Positions 9,810-18,242 are shown, counted from the first letter of the stretch. The stretch: 39,216 nt of DNA from a virus (IMGVR_UViG_3300032212_000062:1-39216); one strand, 5' to 3'. Notes: generated by a model not told the origin, from the sequence alone. Numbers and translations: made by a program.

Positions 9810-10865
9810 CTAAATCTCATCTCCTAATAGTAATGTTGCTACAGGATGGAAAGGAATTCCATCTGTGGTTAATTGGGCATACTCCACTCTAACTGAAGTT
9901 CCCAAATACTTTGCCTTATTCTCCATAACATAATGCTTATTGGCAACTGGGCCTGGACAGGTCACCCTGAACCTTGCCCCATTATTTGCTAGACATACCA
10001 ATATTGCCCAGCCATCTTTAGATGGAACAATATCAACTATAACAAAGTTATCATCTTCCCAAGATTTAACCTTAATCAAACTCTTTGATCTTTTGCCGTC
10101 CTCATATCCATTATTGTGTAGTCTAACAATAGAGCCTTCATACCCAAGCTCACGACTTTCTTTAAAGTGAGCCTGTACTTCTTCAAATGATTGCACCTCT
10201 ATTGTTTCTGCTATCTCCATTGCAGGAGTAAGCGGAATCATATTTAACATTGCATATCTACGAGAATATGGAACATCAGCTATCATATCATACATGTGAT
10301 ATTTAATTTTAAGCGTATCTGCCTGACCTCTTTTTATCCATGATACTATTGTTTGAAGAGGATGTCCATGACAGTAAAGTTCTCCATCAATAGTTTGTCC
10401 TTCTAGTAATTCAAGACCATCAAGGATGTGCCCAATAGTATTGATTGGTTTACCATTTCTTGTATATGCAATGATTGTTCCTTGTTGGCAAGTAATAAGG
10501 CATCTATTGCCGTCATATTTCCGTTGTACATATGCCCCTTTATAATCAACTCCTTTGCAATTTTTAAGTGGAGCTGCGAGCATTGGTTTTGCATATCCAA
10601 GTATGTTGGTAGCTTTGCCTGTTGGTAGTTCTGGTCTATATCCTTTGTCCCTTTGCTTAGAAATGCGAGAAGCGATTCGTGACATAATTTGCTCCTCTCT
10701 TGTTCTAGTTGCTTTCCCTTCTTCAACTTCTTCTGTGACTCGTAGCATTGCTCCATCTTTCTCTCCATGTTCTATGACAATAACATAATCTTCAACGCTA
10801 ATAGCCCATTCACGTATCTTGCCACTATTATCTTGCATAAACATTCTTGTTGGATTAGTGTTCAT
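9810..10865 (-). CDS. lig: ATP-dependent DNA ligase with an N-terminal WGR-like domain
   Basis: KPMLA, motif I QRKYDGNR, YTRNGK, IDGELY, GYEGSIVR, KRS..LIKVK and a C-terminal OB domain (GIPFHPV). Start ATG 10865 preferred over 10961. Confidence 0.92.
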   Translation of the reverse strand: MNTNPTRMFMQDNSGKIREWAISVEDYVIVIEHGEKDGAMLRVTEEVEEGKATRTREEQIMSRIASRISKQRDKGYRPELPTGKATNILGYAKPMLAAPLKNCKGVDYKGAYVQRKYDGNRCLITCQQGTIIAYTRNGKPINTIGHILDGLELLEGQTIDGELYCHGHPLQTIVSWIKRGQADTLKIKYHMYDMIADVPYSRRYAMLNMIPLTPAMEIAETIEVQSFEEVQAHFKESRELGYEGSIVRLHNNGYEDGKRSKSLIKVKSWEDDNFVIVDIVPSKDGWAILVCLANNGARFRVTCPGPVANKHYVMENKAKYLGTSVRVEYAQLTTDGIPFHPVATLLLGDEI

Positions 10866-10947
10866 CTTCTTCATCCTCTGATTCTTCTTTCTTTTCCCAG
10901 AATAATTCTTCTTCACGATCTTCATCTGTCCAGCTAGGATTTTGCAT
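10855..10947 (-). CDS. 30-aa highly acidic peptide (not in the ORF track)
   Basis: MQNPSWTDEDREEELFWEKKEESEDEEDEH*. Preceded by GGGAGAAAGAGA; overlaps the dnaE stop and the ligase start. Confidence 0.6.
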   Translation of the reverse strand: MQNPSWTDEDREEELFWEKKEESEDEEDEH

Positions 10948-13795
10948 TCTCTTTCTCCCAATCAGTTAAATTAAGTATTTGATCAATTTCTAACTTGCGC
11001 CAGTCACCTCTCATTCTTCCTTTAATTAAGAACCATGTTTCACCTTCTTTTGATGTCTCAACTATCCGCTGGCCTTCCATCTCCTCAAAGACGTAGCGGT
11101 TGATAACACACAGTATCTGATCAGTATCATCCTCAATCAGTAAGCGGAGATATACAGAGTTCTCATCATACACAACCCCATTACGCTTAACAACTTCATT
11201 GTAATCATTTAGATCACGAAGGTCACGCATAATTAGCTTACCTATGACTGTATACAATCCAGGTTGATCAATTGCCTTAATCTCAGAAGGTGCTTCAGAT
11301 AAGCCATATGTAATAGGGTCATTATAGAATTTACCCCAATAGTGCTGAGTTGGGAATAGTATATCAAATGGAGTTACTGGATACATTAGCTTCTTGAATA
11401 ATCCAGGTGGCAATACTTTTCTACTCTTGCGAGCATTCATAATCTGCTTAGCCTTAGCTTCACCTATGCCATCTATGTTCATAAGACCACCAACTAACCG
11501 GCCATCTTGGATTGACCATTCCATCTCTGATAGGTCTGCATCTACAGGGTCATACTCAAAGCCTTCATTAACTACAAGATCACGGAGCAGCTTAATAGCG
11601 GAATCTGTATCTCTTGCATTGTTAAGATTAGCTATGGCAAACTCCATAGGATGGTGAGCCTTCATGAAGCCAGTCCAATAAGAGATAAGACCATAGGCTA
11701 CAGCATGAGATTTATTGAATCCCCATGAACCAAATGTAACCATATTTTCCCATACAGCAATAGCCTCTTCATCTGGCACTTTTCTAAGTCTTGTCCCTTT
11801 CAGAAAGTTGTCTCTGTATCTATTGAAGAACTCTTCACCAAGAGACTTGGATGCAGCCCTTCGCAGATCAGATACATCTTCCCAAGATAGGCCACCAAAC
11901 TCACGACCTATATACATCAGCTGCTCTTGGTAGATAATAATGCCAAGAGTCTCTTCAGTGTGCTTGATGTAGATAGGATCATTTGAAATATACTCAACCT
12001 CAGAAGCACCTGTTCTTCTTTTAACGAATGAGTTCGCTCCACCACTATGCATAGGGCCAGGCCTAGCAAGCGCAGTAATAGCGACAATGTCATCAAAATT
12101 ATGAATTCCCATTTGGTTTGTAAGGTACTGTAGAGCTTGTCCTTCAAATTGGAAAATGCCATTATATCTCCCTGAATTGAATATATTAAATGTTTCCTGA
12201 TCTTCAAGAGGAAGTCTATACAAGTCATTGTAGTTCATACCAATTTGACTCATAGTCTCCTCAAGGATAGTCAGTGTTCTTAATCCTAAGCAATCTATCT
12301 TAAGCAAGTTTAGATACTCTGCATCTTTCTTGTTGAGCATAACTACATCATCTCTACTATTTGTAGAGGCATAGTTTGTCAGCGGTAAAGTAGATACTAG
12401 TATTCCAGCTGCGTGCTTGCCGGCATGGGAGGCATGATTTTCAATCCTACTTACCAAACGCATAGCAGGGTATTTAGCAATGAACTCTTTGCCAATATCA
12501 GTACTGTCAAAAGTATCGGCAATACACATAGCAGCACGAGCGTCACCACCAGACCTTTCGACAATCGCGTTTTTGAGTTCTTCCGTTTCATACTTAGGGA
12601 TTGATAGACCCATAGCGAAATCACCAATAGCAGACTTAGGCTTAAGACGAGAAACATTAGCGAGACATCGTACATTTTTGTGTCCATATTTATGAGATAG
12701 ATATTTAACAACCTTTGCTCTTTTCTTATCAGGGAAGTCAATATCAATATCTGGAAGGTCATGTCGGTTGATGTCAATGAAACGTTCAAAAAGCAAACCG
12801 AATTTAATTGGATCAATTTCTGTGATGCCCATAAGGTAACATACTAGACTTCCCGCTGATGAGCCACGTGATGGCCCAACTAGCATAGACTGTTTAGCAT
12901 ACCTTATCATATCTGCAACTATGAGAAAATAATCATTGTACCCTTTTTGCTCAATGAGTCCAATTTCATATTCATAACGATCTTTGTAGATAGGGTCATC
13001 AAGATCAACATCTAAATGAATAGCCCCTCTCATACAAGCTCTTGTTACAGTTTCTGGCCCTGTGTACTTTACAAGTTCTGCCATCTCTAATTCTGCATTA
13101 CATATCTCAGCAATAGAGTAGGTAGAAGCTATGGCATAGTCTGGGTCTCCTGTCTCTGCAGTGAACTCAGAATCAGTCAGCCGGTGAAGCGGATAAGTTG
13201 CATCTTCAAAGTTATAGCTATAGCCAGTGCCATTCTTTCTAGCTCCTGCAAGTAGTTGATACACTTCTTTATCTTCTACATTTGGGTATCTGGCTATGTC
13301 TATCGCTACTGTAGGTTTATTAGGGATATTTAAGCCCTTATTATCTACGCTAATGCTGCTATAATCTATTCTCTCAAGAGTTTTTCTTAATTCTATAGTA
13401 GTATAAGGGGCTATTACTAAAACGTTCTTAGAAGTCCTTAGAAAGCGTGTAATATCTACCCTTGGGAAGTAGTAAAAATTGTCCCAAGCGTATGTAGTAA
13501 GTTCATTGATCTCCTTGAGACCTTTATTGTTTTTGGCTAAGAAGATCATCTCAACTCGACCATTAGAAGATTGATTAGCAGACCTTGCTTTCTCAACCAT
13601 GTCACACACCGTAAGGCGTACACCAAAGATAGGCTTGACACCTTTCTTAATGCACTCTCTGGCAAACGATACGTGTCCTAGTGTAGTGTTAACATCTGCT
13701 ATACCCATAGCCTCATAGTCCTCCTTGACTATTTCAGATATGTGACCAAAGCAGCTTTTAAAACTAAACTCAGTTTTTGTAGCTAGATAGATCAA
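10934..13795 (-). CDS. dnaE: DNA polymerase III alpha subunit (family C)
   Basis: GPSRGSSAGSLV, LLFERF, PDIDIDF, HAAG, LLKIDCLGL, GIFQFE, IIYQEQ and FNKSHA motifs. Probable TTG start at 13795 after GAGGAAGG. Confidence 0.96.
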   Translation of the reverse strand: MIYLATKTEFSFKSCFGHISEIVKEDYEAMGIADVNTTLGHVSFARECIKKGVKPIFGVRLTVCDMVEKARSANQSSNGRVEMIFLAKNNKGLKEINELTTYAWDNFYYFPRVDITRFLRTSKNVLVIAPYTTIELRKTLERIDYSSISVDNKGLNIPNKPTVAIDIARYPNVEDKEVYQLLAGARKNGTGYSYNFEDATYPLHRLTDSEFTAETGDPDYAIASTYSIAEICNAELEMAELVKYTGPETVTRACMRGAIHLDVDLDDPIYKDRYEYEIGLIEQKGYNDYFLIVADMIRYAKQSMLVGPSRGSSAGSLVCYLMGITEIDPIKFGLLFERFIDINRHDLPDIDIDFPDKKRAKVVKYLSHKYGHKNVRCLANVSRLKPKSAIGDFAMGLSIPKYETEELKNAIVERSGGDARAAMCIADTFDSTDIGKEFIAKYPAMRLVSRIENHASHAGKHAAGILVSTLPLTNYASTNSRDDVVMLNKKDAEYLNLLKIDCLGLRTLTILEETMSQIGMNYNDLYRLPLEDQETFNIFNSGRYNGIFQFEGQALQYLTNQMGIHNFDDIVAITALARPGPMHSGGANSFVKRRTGASEVEYISNDPIYIKHTEETLGIIIYQEQLMYIGREFGGLSWEDVSDLRRAASKSLGEEFFNRYRDNFLKGTRLRKVPDEEAIAVWENMVTFGSWGFNKSHAVAYGLISYWTGFMKAHHPMEFAIANLNNARDTDSAIKLLRDLVVNEGFEYDPVDADLSEMEWSIQDGRLVGGLMNIDGIGEAKAKQIMNARKSRKVLPPGLFKKLMYPVTPFDILFPTQHYWGKFYNDPITYGLSEAPSEIKAIDQPGLYTVIGKLIMRDLRDLNDYNEVVKRNGVVYDENSVYLRLLIEDDTDQILCVINRYVFEEMEGQRIVETSKEGETWFLIKGRMRGDWRKLEIDQILNLTDWEKENAKS

Positions 13796-14339
13796 TGTGG
13801 CCTTCCTCAACTAACCAATGGAAACATCTTACCAAAGCATGTACATCAGCTTTAGCTCTGTGAGCACCTTCAAAAGGCTTACCAGTTGCTAACTCATGCA
13901 ACTTAGCAAGATTCAAACGATTTCCTTTGATGTGATTAGACTTCTCAACAGTACATATGTGATTAACCGGCCATGGAAAATGAATGACCTTATCTATCCG
14001 TACTAACTCATTTGCTAACATAGATACATCAAAGCTAGCATTGTGAGCAACTAAGCAATCTGAGCCTTTAAACACTTCAGCGATCTGCTTGTACATAGCG
14101 GAAAATTTAGGTGCATCCTTAACCATATCATCATTGATGCCAGTAATCTTAGTTATCACATCAGAGATAGGCAAAGTAGGATTCAAGAATGTATCAATCT
14201 CTTTTATGATCTCAAACTTCTCATTGATCTGAACTGCATATAGCTCAATGATCTCTGGTTGCTGAGCTACGTTAGTAGCATTAGGGCGCAACAACCCTGT
14301 AGTCTCTGTATCATATACAGTCATTAATAATTCAGACAT
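13770..14339 (-). CDS. dnaQ: DnaQ/epsilon-like DEDDh 3'-5' exonuclease
   Basis: ExoI YDTETTGL, ExoII AHNASFD, ExoIII HRAKADV; directly upstream of dnaE. Confidence 0.92.
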   Translation of the reverse strand: MSELLMTVYDTETTGLLRPNATNVAQQPEIIELYAVQINEKFEIIKEIDTFLNPTLPISDVITKITGINDDMVKDAPKFSAMYKQIAEVFKGSDCLVAHNASFDVSMLANELVRIDKVIHFPWPVNHICTVEKSNHIKGNRLNLAKLHELATGKPFEGAHRAKADVHALVRCFHWLVEEGHIDLSSYKN

Positions 14340-14715
14340 TATTCTTTCCTTCATTAGCCCAATCACGATCATCAAACTCATCACCGTAACGTTTCATATG
14401 CTCAATGATTGCTGCAGCATTAAACATAATGTTAGCCATATGATTCTGCTTAATCTCAGGGTCATTGTTTTCGCAGTTATGGAAAGCAGTTAAGTGACGA
14501 AGAAGGCTATTCTCCATCTCAGTAATTGGCATACCATTCTTCCAATTATTCCGCTCATACTTCTCTGCACCAGCTTCCATGACTCTTGTCCAAGCTTCTA
14601 TAGCTGCAGGGAAGTCAAGCATATAAGATAGTTTTGGCTTATCTTCATTCTTACGCATCATTGGAGATTTCTTAGCTGTCTTCTTTTTTGCTACTTTCTT
14701 TTTACGTGGTGCCAT
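14332..14715 (-). CDS. dATP/dGTP diphosphohydrolase domain protein (DUF5664-like)
   Basis: KP.L......A......VM..GA.KY...NW..G......SL.RHL......E..DPE....H.A....N pattern. Confidence 0.82.
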   Translation of the reverse strand: MAPRKKKVAKKKTAKKSPMMRKNEDKPKLSYMLDFPAAIEAWTRVMEAGAEKYERNNWKNGMPITEMENSLLRHLTAFHNCENNDPEIKQNHMANIMFNAAAIIEHMKRYGDEFDDRDWANEGKNNV

Positions 14716-15224
14716 TATACTTTCCTCAATTGAGTTACTAATGCAAGATTACGTTCAGCAATCCCCATGATAACATTTAGGTGAACTTCAAACATCCAAT
14801 CTACCCCATTACAATTCTTGTCATAGTATGGGTTGTTGAATAGTGTTTTCCAAGTATCTTCTGTGAAGAAGGACTTGTGATCCAAATCTTGAAATGCCAT
14901 GTTAGATGTATAGTAAGGAACTACTATGCTTATGTGTCCACCTGGTCTTAGTACACGTTGGCATTCGGATAGAACAAAGCGTGGATCAGATAGATGCTCA
15001 AGGAAATGATATGCATGTATCTGAGATACTGATTCATCTTCACATGGGATGGCATCTGACTCAGCATCCCACTCAGGGAACTCAAGCGGACGAGCACCAT
15101 AGATTTGCTTATTGCCAGGCCCAAGGTTCAACACTTTATGACTCTCTGGATCATAATCATATAGTGCTTCTGGAATAGCTCTATCCATTCCAAGAGTGAA
15201 AATCTCTGCTAAACATTTAGACAT
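14715..15224 (-). CDS. Class I SAM-dependent methyltransferase (Methyltransf_11-like)
   Basis: VLNLGPG motif I, IP..DESV..I.A.HFLEHL, RVLRPGG...I.VP and D..H motifs. Start 15224 follows AGGAG and overlaps the upstream stop. Confidence 0.85.
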   Translation of the reverse strand: MSKCLAEIFTLGMDRAIPEALYDYDPESHKVLNLGPGNKQIYGARPLEFPEWDAESDAIPCEDESVSQIHAYHFLEHLSDPRFVLSECQRVLRPGGHISIVVPYYTSNMAFQDLDHKSFFTEDTWKTLFNNPYYDKNCNGVDWMFEVHLNVIMGIAERNLALVTQLRKV

Positions 15225-15661
15225 TAGTAGTCTCCTTTTTTGACTTGAAAAGTAGTTATGCCTTTTTCTCTCCACATATCTACTACTTGTGAACGATCTT
15301 CAAATGCATAGTGAACATCATGCCCAGACTCTAGTAGCAGATTAAGCATTTCTTCTTTTACTACATAATCACTTCTAAAGTCTTTGGCAGCCCTCATCAG
15401 AAGAACTGAACATGGTATCTCATGCTCATTCAGCCAGTCCATAGTCTTCTGCTCTATTCTGCAAGACCGGCCTGTACACATCACTATGTGGTATCCTGCG
15501 TCTCGCATTACATGAGTCATCTCTATGATTCTATGATAAGGTGCATCCTTATCACAATCATCATTAAAAGCATCCCAGTCCTTATCATCTTTCTGAATAT
15601 GATGAAGTCTATGGGATATGTCGGCTAGTGTTCCATCTATATCAAATATTGCAGTTTTCAT
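15224..15661 (-). CDS. HAD-family phosphatase (T4 PNK 3'-phosphatase-like, no kinase domain)
   Basis: IFDIDGTLAD motif I, CTGR motif II, LLMR...D.R.D..VK and FEDR..VV.MWR motif IV. Confidence 0.9.
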   Translation of the reverse strand: MKTAIFDIDGTLADISHRLHHIQKDDKDWDAFNDDCDKDAPYHRIIEMTHVMRDAGYHIVMCTGRSCRIEQKTMDWLNEHEIPCSVLLMRAAKDFRSDYVVKEEMLNLLLESGHDVHYAFEDRSQVVDMWREKGITTFQVKKGDY

Positions 15662-16533
15662 TATAATGGTATCCCATCTTCGAATCTTGAACAAATTTTC
15701 ATTTCATCAGACGTGAGATAATGAGGGCACTCATCAGTTCTAAAGTGATCACATTGCCAACAATGATTTTCTGAAGCCATAGACATGCCATCTTTAGCAA
15801 TAGGATTAGCTACATGAGTAGTCTCTTCAATAGCCTTGCGACAGTTTGCTTTAGACTCCATAAGAGTGGTTGGCAGCAATCTGTTTATAGTATGCTCTTG
15901 AATAGGACATTCTTCATATCTTGGGAAAGCACAGGTGCCATACCAGCTACAGTGTACTTGGATAAACTCCTCTGCCCATGGGTGCTGTCCAATAACCAGT
16001 CTCTTAATTTCTCTGAAGACATCTTGATACACACCGGCTGTTCGTGTACATAATCGTACAAGTGCCATATTATGAAGTGTGCGTAAGTCGAACTTAGCAA
16101 TGATAGAAGTATGAGTTCCCGTTGGTAAGATTTCCCTTGCCTCCTGCACTGGGATGTCCTCATCGACCATTGAGGCGTATGCTTCGAATATGTGATCTCT
16201 GAGGCCATCGAAGTGTCCATTTGTCTCCGGCCAATCACACCCGTGTCCCCTGACATCAACTGTTCTCTGAGACTCTTGAGCATAGCTACCTGTTCTTGTT
16301 CGAACAAGTTGGTGTGTAAACGAGCGTGGAACTTCTGATATCTTGAACGTGTATTCAACGAACTCAAATGAGCTTTGAATCGTGTCCAGCATATATTCAA
16401 AATGTTCTTTCTTTTTCTCATCAGGCCACTCCTTTATATCCTGTAGTGATTGAGCACCCTGTAAGCGGGTATTCTTGGTAAATAGCAACAGCTCCAAGGC
16501 ATCTTGGGTGCAACTTAGCAGTTCTACTTTCAT
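15661..16533 (-). CDS. thyX: Flavin-dependent thymidylate synthase homologue with atypical motifs
   Basis: YTF.I..V.R.FTHQLVRTRTGSYAQESQR, AR.ILP and LR.L......RLC motifs. The canonical RHR is RTR here. Confidence 0.85.
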   Translation of the reverse strand: MKVELLSCTQDALELLLFTKNTRLQGAQSLQDIKEWPDEKKKEHFEYMLDTIQSSFEFVEYTFKISEVPRSFTHQLVRTRTGSYAQESQRTVDVRGHGCDWPETNGHFDGLRDHIFEAYASMVDEDIPVQEAREILPTGTHTSIIAKFDLRTLHNMALVRLCTRTAGVYQDVFREIKRLVIGQHPWAEEFIQVHCSWYGTCAFPRYEECPIQEHTINRLLPTTLMESKANCRKAIEETTHVANPIAKDGMSMASENHCWQCDHFRTDECPHYLTSDEMKICSRFEDGIPL

Positions 16534-16534
16534 G

Positions 16535-17416
16535 TTATAGTCCTATCTTGTTTCTGTTATATCCAGTTGTATAGATCAACTCTTTAATCTTATACAAATC
16601 TTTTAAAACATCATCCATAAGTACATTCTTCCATATGGCAAATCTTCCTGCGCTATATACATCATGAGTAGTTGTCAACTCATAAAGGAGTCTATGACGC
16701 TCTGTCTCATCTATGTTCTTTATCTTACCATAATCTTGTACAGTAGACTCTATTATTTTAGATGGATAATCTACTCCAAATGAATGAACTACATATTCAA
16801 GATCAGCTAGTATAACAGGAGCAGTACTTTCAATGATTAGATCATCTCCAGTTATTGTAGCTCTATATACACAACAATCATCATCAGGATAATATAGAGT
16901 TTGATACACATTGCACTTAGGCACTTTGTATCTTCCTGTAAATATCTTTTGGAATGTAAATTCCGCTGATGTCTCTATGCCAGCTGACCGTAGAGTATTT
17001 GTTATAGGGATTGTACTGATTACAGTCTCTGCTGGGATATAATCTAAGCGTTGGCCTAGATGTATTCTACTCTTGACAAGATTCACTAATCTTTCTTGGA
17101 AGTTAGCAGGAGCAATATAGCGCTCAACTGAATCTAAATTCCATATTGATCTATCAGCTGTATGGCCTAATACTTTTTTGCTATACATATTAGCTAACAT
17201 GATATTTGGTTGGAGGTATTCACCTCTGACATAAATGCCTTTTCTTACTGTTACTTTCTTAAATGGGATGCCAGTAACTTTGCTGACAGAGTCATCACGA
17301 AAGCGGAGAACTGCATTGTGATTGATTGGTAGTATATCATTTGCTTCAAAGATATGTGCTTCAGGGAATATCAAACTAGCTAAACAGCCGGTCATTCCTG
17401 CGCCTATTATTAACAT
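16535..17416 (-). CDS. FAD-binding flavoprotein (UDP-galactopyranose mutase / protoporphyrinogen oxidase-like fold)
   Basis: N-terminal IIGAGMTG dinucleotide-binding motif with downstream IFEA, plus ISTIP and SAGRFAIWK...MD motifs. Confidence 0.75.
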   Translation of the reverse strand: MLIIGAGMTGCLASLIFPEAHIFEANDILPINHNAVLRFRDDSVSKVTGIPFKKVTVRKGIYVRGEYLQPNIMLANMYSKKVLGHTADRSIWNLDSVERYIAPANFQERLVNLVKSRIHLGQRLDYIPAETVISTIPITNTLRSAGIETSAEFTFQKIFTGRYKVPKCNVYQTLYYPDDDCCVYRATITGDDLIIESTAPVILADLEYVVHSFGVDYPSKIIESTVQDYGKIKNIDETERHRLLYELTTTHDVYSAGRFAIWKNVLMDDVLKDLYKIKELIYTTGYNRNKIGL

Positions 17417-17438
17417 GGTTTTTGTTCCTTTAGAGGTG

Positions 17439-17463
17439 ACAATAGGGGCGTAGCCCCTATTGT
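17439..17463. terminator. Perfect 11-bp hairpin (terminator, attenuator or processing site)
   Basis: ACAATAGGGGC-GTA-GCCCCTATTGT between the 202-aa gene and the flavoprotein gene; only a weak U-tract. Confidence 0.55.
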
Positions 17464-17490
17464 ACGTTACAAGATTGGCTAATATTGATA

Positions 17491-18099
17491 CTAGCTGTTA
17501 GCGATATCTGCACATAAAGCTGCAAGACCCTGATAGTGAGAAGCATGACGCTTAGTGTTATCAGTACCGTTAGCTTCAATCCAGCCAGCAACATCTTCTT
17601 TCGATACAGGAGAATTTGCACGTAAGTAATCATGGAATGCGCTAGTGATACCAGAGCGACCTGCACCAGTGCCTTTAGGCTTCTTGAATACTTCAAGTTC
17701 ATTCTTCTTAGCATACTGGCGAATAGAGCCAGCAGCAGACTTGTCATTAACACCTTTCAAATTGTCTGTTAGTGCTTCAACTGCAGCAGCAAAGCCTTCT
17801 TCAGTTGATAAATCCATACCAGAAAGAGTATCGTTTACAATTTCAGCTTTTTCAGTTTTAGAGTTTGCATAACCACCAGATACCATACAGGCATTGAAGA
17901 TAGTTTTAACATTCTTGAACGTTGCACCAGCAGCAATCATATCAAGCATGATTTCATCTTCAGACTTGTCTTCTGACATAGCTTCATCAAAAGCTACTTC
18001 AATTGGAGTAGGCTCATCATCTTCAACTGTATCATCTACTTCTTCTGTTTGGTCAACTACTTCTTCATCTTCAAAAACTGCATTTTCTTGATCAGACAT
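17491..18099 (-). CDS. Hypothetical protein with an acidic N-terminus; paralogue of 28090-28461
   Basis: Strong AAAGGAG RBS, own upstream AT-rich promoter region, C-terminal G..NTKRH.S.YQ motif shared with 28090-28461. Confidence 0.85.
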   Translation of the reverse strand: MSDQENAVFEDEEVVDQTEEVDDTVEDDEPTPIEVAFDEAMSEDKSEDEIMLDMIAAGATFKNVKTIFNACMVSGGYANSKTEKAEIVNDTLSGMDLSTEEGFAAAVEALTDNLKGVNDKSAAGSIRQYAKKNELEVFKKPKGTGAGRSGITSAFHDYLRANSPVSKEDVAGWIEANGTDNTKRHASHYQGLAALCADIANS

Positions 18100-18164
18100 T
18101 TTATGTCTCCTTTGGATTAGGCCAACTGGCCGGATTAAATATAACTACGTTCTACAACTTAGGC

Positions 18165-18242
18165 ATATATTATATCTTATATATTAAAGGAATAAAAGGA
18201 ATAAAATTGTTTTTACAACTAAAATTACTTATACCCCTATAA
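18165..18242 (-). promoter_or_regulatory. Putative promoter for the 202-aa gene and the replication operon
   Basis: TATAAT at 18174-18169, weak -35 (TTTATT/TTTTAT), and an upstream TTATAGGGGTATA box at 18242-18230. Confidence 0.55.

Noticed and set aside
10866-10961. ORF-track N-terminal extensions of the ligase (also DnaQ, methyltransferase, HAD, Sak4 and 35988-36497)
   Set aside because: Downstream starts have RBSs and stop/start overlaps, while the extensions run deep into neighbouring genes.
10934-13795. Intein or intron in dnaE (also terL and the helicase)
   Set aside because: Conserved motifs are contiguous with normal spacing; no splice-junction or homing-endonuclease motifs were seen.
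14332-14715. Z-genome (2-aminoadenine) or 7-deazaguanine system suggested by the dATP/dGTP diphosphohydrolase
   Set aside because: No PurZ, DatZ-like HD hydrolase, FolE/QueC/QueD/QueE or DpdA is recognisable in the genome.
14715-15224. DNA methyltransferase that would explain the AGCGGA motif
   Set aside because: It lacks DPPY/NPPY or PCQ catalytic motifs and a target-recognition domain and is only about 170 aa; it resembles small-molecule methyltransferases.
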